The translations under genes and the position numbers were made by a program. A DNA stretch of 64,000 nucleotides, taken from positions 62,001 through 126,000 of the forward strand of contig AP026126.1 in assembly GCA_030295235.1 (NCBI GenBank), given 5' to 3'. The stretch is from Fistulifera solaris. Its lineage: Eukaryota. The number at the start of each line of letters is the position of its first letter. Positions within the stretch are counted from its first letter, which is position 1. The notes below the pieces were generated by a model that saw only the letters and a list, made by a program, of their open reading frames with translations, had not been told where the DNA came from and searched no databases. Below, piece after piece: positions 25,509 to 38,149 of this stretch.

Positions 25509-28149
25509 TTACGACCAATCTGTCACCAACACAGATTGAACTCGATCGTTGTCCCAATACAATACGACAATCATCTTGTCTTCCAAATAAATTCGATTGA
25601 GATCTCGGCTGATCACGTTGGCGGATCGGGCCGATTTTAACTTGGCTCGTCCGTATTCGATGGCATTCTGTCGAGCCTCTTGACTGGCAGTAGATGGTCT
25701 TTGGACTCGAGTGACTTGATCCTTAAGACTTCGGGTGTTTTCCGCGTTGCAAACACAATTCGGTGACAAGAGATTGGCGGAAAAGGGTGTCGCTTGATTG
25801 TAATCGACTTGATAGCCCAAGTCCTCTAGGGCTGCAATGGAGATACGAGAAAGTTCGAGATCACCTGTGTTGACGCCCGTCATGAGTTCGGATTGAAAGC
25901 AATCTTCATCCCAATGCAAGCATTTTGTGCCCTTTTCTCCGTCTGTTTCAACGGGTACTGGACCATCACAGCCACTTAAAGCCCGATATTCTTCACTGGC
26001 ACGAGAATCATATTTGTACGGACACGAATCTGAATCTTCTGTCAATTTATTCTCGGACCACAAAGTTCCAATTCCGTACTGTGGATTGAGATGTATTGGT
26101 TAGAGAAACACGATTCCTGAGGTTCAGGCCACATTTTTGTTTCAGCGATTACTTACCACGTGGGCCATTTCGTGTAACTGATGATGCGAAACGCCAAAAC
26201 AAGAAACGATGGTTAGTATCCTGCGCAAGTCAATCAATTTTCTTTTTAACCTTTCTTCATGACAAACACACTTACAATAGTACCAGCCAGTTGCCCCTTC
26301 TGCTCCAGAATCTCAACGTCAGCAAGGTCGAACTGCATATATCCGACCGAGGTTTGCACAAAGTCGCCGAAGCGGGCAAAACTTGGCCCCGCTGATCCTA
26401 AAATGCCCCCCACATTATCAATCTCCGGGAGGGAGGCACAAATGTAAACGTCGTCCACTACTTGAGGTATTGATGCAGGATCACAACGAAGATCTGGAAT
26501 AGAAAGCTCTGCTTCGCGAACGACATAGTCCTCCAAGTCACCGACAATCACGCTATCCCATTTGGCAGCTGCGTCGATAAAGATTTGCCGATATCTCTCA
26601 GGCACTTCGTCCAGATTGAGGGCTGTTTCGAAAGATCCTTCTACCTCATTTTGTGTTGTAGCGGTTGTCGGTGCAGCACTGTTGGTCTGATTGGAGGGAG
26701 AAATAAGTGACGGCACTGCCGAAGGCGCATTGGAAAGGACAGGACTAGACGAAGAAGTATTATTGGGGACTGCAGACGGTGCATCTGATGCAGTAGAGCT
26801 AGAAGTTGGCGCTATAGTCCGATTCGTCGGCGTTGAATCATTTGTCGTTGGAATCACGGACGGCGGAGATGAAGCCGTAGAGTCAGTGGTGGGTGCCACA
26901 GTCTCATTACCTGGAGAGTTCACTGTGGGCACCACCGATGGCGACTCCGACAGACGAGTTTCAGTCGGTGCGGGCGTCCTTTCTTGGGTGGAAGCACCGG
27001 AAGGCGCAAAGCTTGGCTGCAATGAGTCCGTTGCCGCACCAATCGGTGCAGAACTTGGCAAACTCGTGTTTTCGATCGTAGGCGTATTTGATGGATGACC
27101 TGAAGGTGCTTGCGATTCTATAGTGCTCGGTCCTGCCGTTGGGTTCTGAGTAACTTCTCTGGGCGGAGAAGTCTGTGTTGTCGTTGGTGCGGCAGTAGGC
27201 ATAAGCCCAGAAGCTCTCGTTGGAGAGGCAGTTTGTGATATCGTGGGCTTCATCGAGGGTAAAACTGTTACTGAAGTCGTTGGCGCTCTCGTGGGCAATG
27301 CGGTACGAGAGCCAGCTGGTGCTTGAGTTACGTTTGGATTTCCTAAACTTGGAGCTCTTGTTGGTCCATCATCGACTTCGGAACTCGTCGGGGAAGCAAA
27401 AGGCCCGTCCGAAAGAATATCACTTTCATTAGCTGTCGGTGCAGGCGTTTTATTTCCACTGTCGGGCGACTTCGATGGAGAGAGACTACTAGCGGGTATC
27501 ACAGAAGGACTTTGGCTTGGAGCAGGAACATCCAAATCGTCTTCCGGTGACTTGTCATCTGAATCCTTATGCTTTTTCGACTTCTTAGAGTACTTTATTG
27601 ACGTTTTTGAGGAATCAACAGACAAAGACGACTTTGACTTTTTGGATTTCTTGGACTTCTTAGAGTCTTTCTTTGATTTCTTTCCACTCAATGATGAATC
27701 ATTGTCATCACTGTGATCCGCATTATTAGTATCGCTGTGATGCTCTTCTTCGTCTTCGGTATTTTCCCCTTCCCCTTGTTGACCTTTGCCTCCTCCTTTT
27801 CCTCACTGAAAATAGACTCCGTGTTGACGGACACTGAATGTGATATATGTGAATGTGATGCCTCTTTCGTAGTCGATCTCGCTGGCTCCGATTTCTTTCC
27901 GCTTTTCCTTCCTTTCGCAGATGGTACGTAGGGCTCAGATGGCGACGGTGAAGTCCCATCCGTTGAGATAGAAACAGCTATTTCTTCGTCATTTGCATCG
28001 TAAAAAGACGTCTCTTTACCTGACGATTTGTTTCTTGTCTGTTGCCGTAATCGTTGTCGTCGTTCGCTATTGTTAATTGTTTTTCCTGATGATAATACTA
28101 GTAGCAGAGAAAGAAAGATCAACGCCAATTCAGCTCTCCTCGACCGCAT
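25509..28149 (-). CDS. Leishmanolysin-like (M8) zinc metalloprotease paralog E
   Basis: Signal peptide MRSRRAELAL..., KKSK repeats, long PT/PS stalk; LGSAGP; micro-exon LHEMAHV (26157-26177); CLHWDE; ELMTG. Confidence 0.88.
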
Positions 28150-28629
28150 GATGATGTTATTTTCACTGCAACAATTTGATAGACAATTGTGACCGGAGAG
28201 CTTGATGAGAAATGAAATGGCAAAATGTGAGGAAGTTGGCCGTTTCAAAACGAAATTTTGGCGCGACCAGTGGAGCGGAAAATTCATTGTTTAGTGCACA
28301 GTGGACTATCTGCATTAATGTACAATGAGATGTTATTTTAGAATGGTTAAAACAGGATAAGGCGTTTCTTGATGTCACACCATTACAAGCACGAGCTAGG
28401 GTAATCAGTGTCATCATTCATCATCCACTCTGGCCTGAATCACTACTTAATTACTCAATACCTTGCATCTCTTCGTTGTGGTCACAATGCCCGACGTCAT
28501 TCAACTTTCTCTGAAACCATATGATAAGACCTATCTTGTTTTTTTTACCTTGTTGTTTTCCAACGAAACCTTTCACGTATCAGAGGCAAAGGAGGAACAC
28601 GTGGAAGATTGAAGGCTCGCTTTCTCCTT

Positions 28630-30782
28630 TCAAGGATCTGGTGTGACTAAGACAGACTGAATGCGCTCATTTTTGTCAAAGTAGAGTACGAGGACAACTT
28701 TGTCTGCCAAAAATATCCTTCGCGGATCGGTGTTCCTCGACATGTGCTCCGCCGAGCGGTGATTATCTTGAAGTTTCTTTTTTCCGTATTGAATGGCCTG
28801 CTCGCGCTCTTTATCACTCGCATCATAACGAAGGGAGCGACGATTATCTTGCCAATGAAAGCTCATTGATACACCATTGGAAAGTTGGAAATCGTTTTCG
28901 TGGACTTGATTGGCGCCGCAGACACAACTCGGGTCCATTTGATCCACAGAATAGGGATCCGCCTGGCTGTAGTCCACTACGTATCCCATATCCTCTAACG
29001 TTGCGATTGAAAGACGAGACAACTCTTGATCGCCTGTGTTGACGCCCGTCATCAGCTCGGTTTGAAAACAGCTTTCAGCCCAATGCAAGCACGCCGTACC
29101 CGCACCGCCGGTCGTTTCAATAGGTACGGCTGTATCACAGCCACTCAGAGCACGATATTCCTCGCTGGCTTTTGAATCATACGAATACGGACAATCGGGA
29201 GTGTCGGTGACCAATCCATTTTGTCCCCAGAGAGTTCCTGTGCCGTACTATATTTCGTTTTAAACCGTTAGAGACGACGAGGACAAGTGAGCAATGTCAG
29301 ATTTTAAAACACAACTCACCACGTGTGCCATTTCATGCAACTGTCAAAAAGACAAAGAGCAGAGGGAGACTGAGTAGAAAATCTGGGTCAACTTATCACG
29401 CAAGGGGTTGTACTTACGATAAGACCGTCTAATCGACCTTGCGTCTCCAGCATTTCAATATCCGCGAGATCGAATTCCATATAACCCACCGCTGTTTGAA
29501 CAAAATCTCCCACTCTTCCAAAGATAGGGCCGGCTGAACCAAGGATAGAGTTAACACCGTCAATGTTTGGAAGTCTTGCGCAAATGAAGACATCGTCGAC
29601 AATTTCGGGCAAGCTATTACCGTCACAAAGGAGCTCTGGATTGGTTCGATCTTCTTCAAAAATTGGATAGTCTTCTAGATCACCGACAATGATGCTATCC
29701 CATTTGGCCGCAGCATTTTGAAAGACACGATGATACTGAGGAGGCACTTGATCCAAATTGAGCGTCGTTTCAAAATCTTCGGTGGGCAAAGCAGCAGGAA
29801 CGGCCGTAGGAGCTTCAGCCGCGGTTGTCGGGGGATTCGTTGAAGATGAAGTTGCAGCAGTAGGAGTACTCGTGCGAGATTCATCCAATGCAGTAGGTAG
29901 ATCTGTTGAGGACGCGATCGCAGCAGTTGGAACGCTCGATAAAGATGTTTCAAGTGAAGTTGGCGCACTTGTTGAAGACGGGCCCAACGGAGTAGGTGCA
30001 GCTGTCGCATCAGTGTTGGAAACAGTCGGTGCACTTGTCGAAGAGACGTCTACAGGAGTTGGTAAAGTTGTCGAAGCTGAATCAAGAGGCGTCGGTGCAC
30101 TCGTCGAGGGGTCGTCTACAGGAGTAGGTGCATTTGTCAAAACTGGATTGGAAACAGTCGGTGCACTCGTCGAGGAGTCGTCTACGAGAGTAGGTGGAGT
30201 TGTCGAAGCTGGATCGAGAAGCGTCGGCGTACTCGTTGGAGCTTGTTGCGTTTCCATTGTCGGACGTGATGTAGGAGCATCTGTAGATGACGTTGGAGGT
30301 GCTGCAGGTGCTAAAGTCGTTGCAGGAACTCGTGTAGGAACCGCATTTTCCATTACAGGAGCCAGAACAGGAGTTTGGATCGGAGCTGTTTCTTCTGTAA
30401 CAGGTGATAATGTGGGCGCAGGACTTAATGTCTCTTTGCTACTGCTTTTCTTGGATTTCTTTTTTCCTTTCCCTTTCCCCTTGGATTTCGAGGAGGAGTA
30501 TTTGCTCCCCTTTCCTTTGCTGCCTTTTCCTCCTTTCCCTTTCGACTTTTTGCTACTAGATGACTTTCCTGCTGCCGTTGTTTTCGTACTGCTATGGGTC
30601 ATATCATGATGCATGGCCGGCGGAGTAATCGAAAGAATATATTCATGCTCCTGGTCATCGAAATTGCCATACGGTGTCGTGGCCTGCAAAGAGCGTTTTC
30701 TTACATGATGAGTTTCACTAGGATGGCGTGTGCTGGCCCATGTGGCTGTCACGAGCAGCGACAAAATTGAGATGGATTTCAT
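28630..30782 (-). CDS. Leishmanolysin-like (M8) zinc metalloprotease paralog F
   Basis: Signal peptide MKSISIL..., RSL, KGKG/KSSK block, STSAPT repeats; LGSAGP; micro-exon LHEMAHV (29320-29340); CLHWAE; ELMTG. Confidence 0.9.
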
Positions 30783-31118
30783 TTGAACCTGACTTGTATG
30801 AACGTGTTTCTTTTATTGCCGTTATCATTGTCTGCTTTCAATGGTAGGCGTTTGAAATGGGTCGAAAAAGTGAACGGTGCGTTTACTGCAAAATTCGAGG
30901 CGTGGCCGGCGTGCTTCAATGTCAGTCGCGCGCGGGTCTACGTTTCTGTCATCCTGAACCTTAATCAGTATACCAACTTTTATGGCAGCCGCAGAAAAAC
31001 TTCGTACCGATGCCTACTTTTTCTGCTATACAGCAGCCAACGAAAAGGATCGCTGGCTTCTTGAATATTCTTCAGTACCTTAACAACAAAAGCAAATACA
31101 TTCCTTCCTTTTGTCAAC

Positions 31119-32351
31119 ATGAAGATTCCTAATCACATTGTTGTATCATTCCTTCTTTCACTTTGCGTCAGTGAAACAAGTGGCTTCATTGCGGTCGCCC
31201 CGCCGCGGTTCTCGTTGACGTTAAAAGCCGCGCGCAATAATACACCCGAGGACAGCAACAGCAAATCGGCGGCCCTCCAAAGTGTTTTGAATCAAATTGA
31301 ACGCAGTTACGGACGTGGTAGCATTTTACAATTAGGAAATGCGGATCTTCCAACGGTCGAATGTCTTAGTACCGGTGCCTTGACGTTGGATATGGCATTG
31401 GGAGGACAGGGTTACCCGAAAGGCCGTGTGGTGGAAATTTACGGCCCCGAGTCGTCGGGAAAAACCACATTGGCGTTACATGCTATAGCCGAATGTCAAA
31501 AGAAGGGAGGTACGGCGGCTTTTATTGATGCGGAACATGCCTTGGATTTGTCGTATGCACAAGCGTTAGGAGTGGATGCTTCGCAATTGTTGTTGTCGCA
31601 ACCGGATTCGGGGGAAATGGCGCTGGATGTTTGTGATCAGTTGATTCGCAGTCGTGCGGTCGATATTGTAGTCATTGATAGTGTTGCGGCTTTGGTACCC
31701 CGTGCTGAACTGGAAGGCAGCATGGGCGATGCGCAAATTGGATTACAAGCCCGTCTCATGAGTAAGGCCTTGCGCAAGTTGACAGGAAGTTTGCATTCCA
31801 GTAATGCCATTGTTATTTTTCTCAATCAACTACGCCAGAAGGTAGGGGTCATTTACGGTAGTCCTGAAGTCACTGCCGGAGGCAATGCGTTGAAATTTTA
31901 TGCTTCGGTTCGACTGGATACTCGGCGACAAGAAATTTTGCCTCCGAACGCTGGAATTCGCATCAAAGTGAAAGTTGTGAAGAACAAAGTTGCTCCGCCG
32001 TTTCGTGTGGTCAACTTGGATATTCTATTTGGAAAAGGCATTGATAGCTGGGGTGATTTGGTTTCGGTGGCGACTGAATTGGGCGTATTAGAGCGCAAGG
32101 GGAGCTGGTACGCTTTGCAAGGCAATAATCTGGCACAAGGAAAACAAAACTTGGTGCAAATATTACAAGAAGACGAAGTATTGCAAGAGAAATTACAAAG
32201 CGCTGTACGAGAAGCTGTTGTCAAGAATATCAAGATGGGTGATACTGGCTCCATCAGCAAGAAGTCGTCCGCAACTGCGTTGTCGGAACCCGTTGGTGAT
32301 ATGGAAGATGGTTCTTACGCGATGGAAGAAGAAGAATTGGATGTTTTTTAA
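31119..32351 (+). CDS. recA: Plastid-targeted bacterial-type RecA recombinase
   Basis: Walker [69 protein letters not shown]-terminal signal peptide ends SG-F and is followed by a transit-like peptide (complex-plastid bipartite leader). Intronless. Confidence 0.97.
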   Translation: MKIPNHIVVSFLLSLCVSETSGFIAVAPPRFSLTLKAARNNTPEDSNSKSAALQSVLNQIERSYGRGSILQLGNADLPTVECLSTGALTLDMALGGQGYPKGRVVEIYGPESSGKTTLALHAIAECQKKGGTAAFIDAEHALDLSYAQALGVDASQLLLSQPDSGEMALDVCDQLIRSRAVDIVVIDSVAALVPRAELEGSMGDAQIGLQARLMSKALRKLTGSLHSSNAIVIFLNQLRQKVGVIYGSPEVTAGGNALKFYASVRLDTRRQEILPPNAGIRIKVKVVKNKVAPPFRVVNLDILFGKGIDSWGDLVSVATELGVLERKGSWYALQGNNLAQGKQNLVQILQEDEVLQEKLQSAVREAVVKNIKMGDTGSISKKSSATALSEPVGDMEDGSYAMEEEELDVF

Positions 32352-32615
32352 GTTTTAATGTATATTGTACTTGTTCTGAACACGTAATGACGCTTTCTGT
32401 TTCCAAATAGAGTAACTTTGACGTTGTCTGCAACCAACGCTTGATAGATAGACTGCGTTGATGAGGCTTTCGCGTAAACAACGTCATGTACCAGATAGCA
32501 ACCATTAATGTTGCTCTCTTGCGTGTGATATATGATTATCAACTAGTCGAGTGAAATCATCCTACGCATGGTTGTCGCGTTGACTCGCTACACATTCTGT
32601 GACATTTACCCTTAG

Positions 32616-34688
32616 CTAATCACCCTGAATTTCGACGGAAAAGATTTCACCGCCTTCGAGGTACAAAATAATGACGGCCTGATCTCCTACATATCTCGCT
32701 GCTAGTTCGGGCGGTAGTTTCGCTTTCAGTTCTTTGTTTTGTAGAAGTAGCTTCTTACCATAATCGAGTGCGATTTGACGACCTTCTTGGCTTAACTTTC
32801 GACTTCGGGTGCCTCGAGTTATCACGTTGGTGTGATTACTTATTAGGTTTTGATCCGAAGGATGGCGTCGAGTTGTCAATTTTTCCTGGCCGGCATCTGC
32901 ACTTCCTCGCTCTACCTTTTCTACTGACTCTTCCGAGGGAACACTGAACAAAGTCGAAACAGAAAATGCTCCAATCTTGAGTACGTTGGATGTACTGCCC
33001 GGTCCTTTCTCCTCGGGTTGATCCTTCGTTTCGTCATCTTTTTCCTGAAGACTGCTGCTGCAAACACAACTTGGGGCCAAATCCGCTGCAGTGTATGGAT
33101 CCGCCGCATCATAGTCTACTACATAACCCATGTCCTCTAGTGATGCCACGGTGATGCGCGATAATGGTAAAGATCCAGTGGAAAAGCCCGTCATGAGTTC
33201 GTCCAACAGACAGTCCTCTTCCCAATGCCCGCATTGCGTACCCGGACCTCCGTCGAATTCAATAGGAACAGCCACACCCGCACATCCACTAATAGCTTGG
33301 AATTCCGCAGACGCCTTTGTGTTGCCATTGTAAGGACACGGGGGAGTCGCAGTGTCCGCCTGAGCACTCGTTTGCAAATTGTTCAGCGTCCACAGAGTAC
33401 CAAGCCCTAGTACGTGACCCATCTCATGGAGCTGTTAAAAAATATCAAGGAGTAAGATTCGTTAGATTCATACACACTTTTGGAGATAATCGAGGAGGAA
33501 AGTTTACGTACGATAACACTTGGCAGAGTGCCGCCCGCTTGGAGCGCTTCCACATCCGCCGAATCGAAACGCATAGCCCCAATGTAAGGAATCGTTGTCG
33601 GCGTAAACCTGGCAAATTCCGGGCCCGCAGATCCCAGTACACCATCGATTCCATCTATACTTTCGACTTTTGCGCAAATGAAGAGATCATCGATTTCGGC
33701 CGGCACCAGAGTACCACAAGAACTTTCGGTGGTCCCCTCGATCGCCGCCAAGTCTCCTATGATCACTTGCGACCAGCGGTCGGCTGCCAACGTAAACACT
33801 TCACGACTTTCCTCGGGTACCTCCGATAAATCCAAGGTAATATCAAATCGGTCCGTTGTGGGCATGATAGTACCAGGACTTGTCGGTAAGATGGTGGACG
33901 ACGGCGGTGCTTCGACGGGTGACATGACCGGAGCTGTGACGGGCGACCCGACTGGAGTTGGTGATATCGGCGCCGGGGCCACGGGAGATGGTACAGGTAC
34001 ATTATCTGGCTCATCGGAAGGAACAATAATGGTAGAGGTGACGGTGGAGCGAAACGCAGGGACCTCTTGCACGTAGTCCTCGACGTACTCTAGCAAGTCC
34101 ACTTTGTCGTCCATAAAGGGGATAATTCTGTCGTTAAAACCTTTGCGGAAACTTTCTTTTCAAAATTGACATGTGCTGTTAAATTGAGCACGTAATTGAA
34201 ACTCCCATGAGCTTGCGAATAAACAATGTCATCCACAAAGGTTAGCTTCACCGAACGAAAGGATTCTTGAAACAGGACATTATCCATGAAAGCGTCTCCG
34301 TAAAAATCTTCCGTAAGACATAACAGGTCGATCACATCATTTAATGGCGGTCTTTCTTTCAAATTTGGTACCATGTAGCCAATCAAGAAGGGTTCGATGG
34401 TGACAGTCCGAACAGGGCCGCCTTGTTTCTTCTTGCCACTCTTTTGCCACTGTTTGATGACTTGAAGGATGATTTTGATTTCTTCGCGTTTGCTTTGACG
34501 CGAAGACCCCCCGCTGTTGACCTTGGTTCTTCTTTACCATTTTGTTTGATCATAACAGTAGCGTTCTTTTGCTTCACAAACAGTTCATCTTGAAAGACAA
34601 GTCGAGCCCCTGTGGCATCTGCCCCTTTCCTACAACATATCGATGCTAAGCAGCAATACAACAACGCTACTTCCCTTCGTCTCAGCAT
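32616..34688 (-). CDS. Leishmanolysin-like (M8) zinc metalloprotease paralog G (extra N-terminal globular domain; no micro-exon)
   Basis: Signal peptide, KKSKSSFKSS, about 110-aa non-repetitive domain, PV stalk; intron 33511-33432 followed by continuous LHEMGHVLGLG; CGHWEE; ELMTG; frameshifts near 34420 and 34120. Confidence 0.85.
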
Positions 34689-35298
34689 GTTGGCTTATTG
34701 CAAGATCGTTCAAACTAGAAAGACCGGCTGCTGTTGTTCAAGATGTCGGCTGTTGTTGTTCGTTGTTGTTATTGTCGATGTTGTTCCATCTCACGTTTGA
34801 AAAAGGCGGGACACGAATTTGTGACCCCTTTCGACTTCTTTTCGTTCCCGTGAAACAGGTTTCGTGTGATAATGAACAGTACGCACCGCCAATTTTGTCC
34901 AGATTGTGACATTTGTCACAAGACTTCAGGTATAGTCTAATGTGTAGTGTGTAGAGAGGAGAGTCGTATGAATGAATTATACCGAAAACATCTAAATATC
35001 GCTCTGGGTTTGATGGAGCATTCTGGCACGACCTTTGTTCCAGCGACCTTACTCCGCTCTACTTTCGTAGTAACTGATGGCAAAGTTTTAAGCTAGGTGC
35101 GTTCGTTGTAATGATTTACTGAATTATAATTGATTGTATGGAATGGAGACAAATAATAATGTTACAAAATTCTTCCAGAAACAACAGATTCTTTCGTCTT
35201 CAAGACAGAAAGCACAAATGTCGAGTTCAAGGACACGAAGGTCGTGTAACGCTCGAGTTGCAGTACGAAAAGGAGGTGTACGATGACTATCGGTTCGT

Positions 35299-37087
35299 TT
35301 AACCACGGACTTCAACACCATACAAATGGCCTTCTTCTTCATACAGGACCACCACAATGCGGTCACCGACGTACAGGACGGAATCGTTTTCTTGCACTAT
35401 GCTCTTTCGCTTGATCTTGCGTTCCAAAAGCAACATTTCACCGTATTCGAAGGCCTTGGTGCGGCCAACGTCACTCAACTTTCGTCGGCGGCCGCCTCCC
35501 AGTTGGTTGGTTCCAGTGACCGCAGGACGTGTCGTGATCGTCGCGTTGTTGCTTTTGAACGAATCTTTGCCTTGTAACGCCGCTTCCAGATTACTACATT
35601 GGCAGGTTGGACTCAAATCGGCGGCTGTAAATGGATCCGCAGCAGAGTAGTCCACTTCATATCCCATGTCTTCCATAGAACCAATCGTGACACGCGAAAT
35701 CGGCATGGCTCCCGAAGAAAAGCCTGTCATTAGTTCATCTACGAAACATTCATCGGACCAGTGACTGCATTGTGTACCAGAACCTCCAGTTTGTTCCATG
35801 GGAACCGCTGAAGTGCATCCACTGAGTGTTTGCCATTCAGCATTCGCCTTGGAAGATTCTGAGTAAGAGCATGGTGGGTTGGCACTATTGGTAAAGCCGT
35901 TGATTTCCCAAAGAGTTCCGAAACCGAGAACGTGTCCCATTTCGTGAAGCTGGAGATTGGAGAGCGAAGAAAAAATTTGAGTGTCGCTGAGGTATTAAAA
36001 CTATGTATGGCTCGCTGATGACGAACTTACAATCACCGAAGAAAATGTTCCTTCTGCCTTCAATAGCTCAATATCATCGAGGTCAAACGTCATTTGACCG
36101 ATAGTTGTCGTAAAAGGTTTGGTATCTTGACGTACATACTGTGAAAAAGGTGGGAAAAAGTGAGCGTCGCTTGAAAATCCATATTTTCTTTAACCCCAAG
36201 ATTTATTTACCTCCGGGCCGGCTGAACCGAGCACTCCGCCAACCCCATCATTGGGCTGCAAACTAGCGCAAAGGAAGATATCGTCGATCACTGGAGGCAA
36301 ATTTGGACAGTTCTCACTAACCAGACCAGTGGTATCAACGTCGACAAGGTCACCTACGATCACTTCCTCCCAGCGATTCGCTGCGTCTTCAAATGCCGGT
36401 CGACAGTCCTCAGGAACCGCTGTGAGATCTAACGAAATTCCAAAGTCGATTGCCGTAGGAGTGGCGGTACTTGTTGGGGGCGAGGTCGATGTTGGAATTG
36501 CGGTAACGATCGGTTCGACTGGAGGGGATGTTGCTGTCGGCACTACCGTTGAAGGAGCCGGAGAAGGAACTTCCGTTTCCTCTTCACAGACATCGTCTTT
36601 CTTCTTGCTACCCTTACCGCTACCTTTACCGCTTCCTTTGCCACTAGAGCTGCCACTGTCGCCCTTTCCAGCTTTGCCTGCTTTGCCGCTACTAGCTTTT
36701 CCACCCTTGCCGCTCTTGCTGCTCGGACATTTCTTTCCTTTTCCTTTACCCTTGCCGCTTTTGGAACCTTTACTGCTCTTCTTGCCTTTCCCTTTGCCCG
36801 TTGTTGGACTGAAAGTAAGCGTTGGAGCTAGCGTTGCAGCTGTAGGAAATGCGGTTGCTGTTGGAACGGCCGATGCGGTTGGGTACATACTTTCTAAATC
36901 TTGACTCGAAGACTTTTTTTGACTTGTGCGCGGCCGTTTTGAAGTTGGCACTGGGTAGGACCTCATAGTCTGACAGTTTTGCTCCTCCTCCCCTTCCTCT
37001 TACGTGACTGGTTTCAGCGGCCAAGGAGGACGCGACGAAAGAACATATTGCTAGTGTTGCCGTGGAAGTGCTGATGCGCCCTCGCAT
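35299..37087 (-). CDS. Leishmanolysin-like (M8) zinc metalloprotease paralog H (no micro-exon)
   Basis: Signal peptide, strongly silaffin-like SGKG/KAGK block, PT stalk; introns 36210-36139 and 36030-35950; LHEMGHVLGFG; CSHWSD; ELMTG. Confidence 0.88.
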
Positions 37088-38149
37088 AATTCAGCTTAAA
37101 TTTTTAAAAAGGTCGAGAGAGATGAGCGAAATCTCAACTTGGATTTCTGTGATAGGAACTTGTTGGCCATTTGTAAAACAATCGATCGGATCTTCTGTCT
37201 CGTAGAGGGTCCCGTCGACCAAATTGAAATCGTTGTCGGCGTGTCGCAATAATGCTTTGCGTGAAAGGTTCGACGAATTGGTCCACCAACCAGCGGGACA
37301 GAGCCGTTGGATTCGTACTTCCTTTTGATATAGAATTTTTATTATAGGGTTCACTCTTTAACTATCCTTAACTTTCGGTGCCGCAGAATATAAGTAGGAA
37401 ATATGTTCGAGTGAATTTCAAATTTCAAATCATGCCACAATCATTCAACAAAAAACGATCCGATGCATTGACCGTTGGTCACAAGACTGATGTGTCGTGA
37501 GAAATTTCTGTACCTGGTACCGTGTTGCTATAAGCTGTTGTCTGAAAGGTATAGAATAATTAACCTTATAAAGTGTCTACGTCAAGTACGGTACAGTAAA
37601 CAACCGAATTTAAAGTTAAAGCGGTTGTTGTTCGAGGTCACCTTTGTTATACAGAAGGCTGTGACGTCTTTGGACTTTATAAGGCTTTGCTATCCTGATT
37701 CTTTTTAGCTATCTTGGTGTTGTTTGATGAGAATCGGCAGCTGCATGATGCTTTAGAGAGAGAGAGAGACGGGCGGGTGCATACCACAGTTAATGACGCC
37801 AATAAAAACCTTCCAGATTCCTTGACCAGGTTATCGACAAGGCGAAAGACTGCCATTCTTTAATGGAGACGAACTTTTTCTCGTTTGTCACACTCCTTAG
37901 GCAATCAATACAACACAACACCACAATTGTCAGCTACGACTTTGAATAGCATGTCCAGGCTATGCTTTCCCTTCATCGTGCCTTGCCGGGAAAGTAAAAG
38001 GATTCTAGAATGAATCACGATAAAAGATTTAGCAACAGTATTTCAAGTTCTTATAGTCAAACTTTCATTCGAATTGAATCTTTGTGCACTCAGCTATTGT
38101 TGAGCAATTTGCACCTTCGTTTGCATTCTCGGATAGGTTGTCACCAGCA

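Noticed and set aside
29758..30609. Long plus-strand Val/Gly-rich ORFs opposite the protease stalks (also 16996-17406, 19120-19689, 26691-27098, 36251-36904)
   Set aside because: Antisense shadows of Pro/Thr/Ser-rich codons, which lack reverse-strand stops.
31119..32351. recA as bacterial contamination or recent horizontal transfer
   Set aside because: It has a bipartite plastid leader and sits among intron-containing genes; nuclear-encoded plastid RecA is expected in algae.
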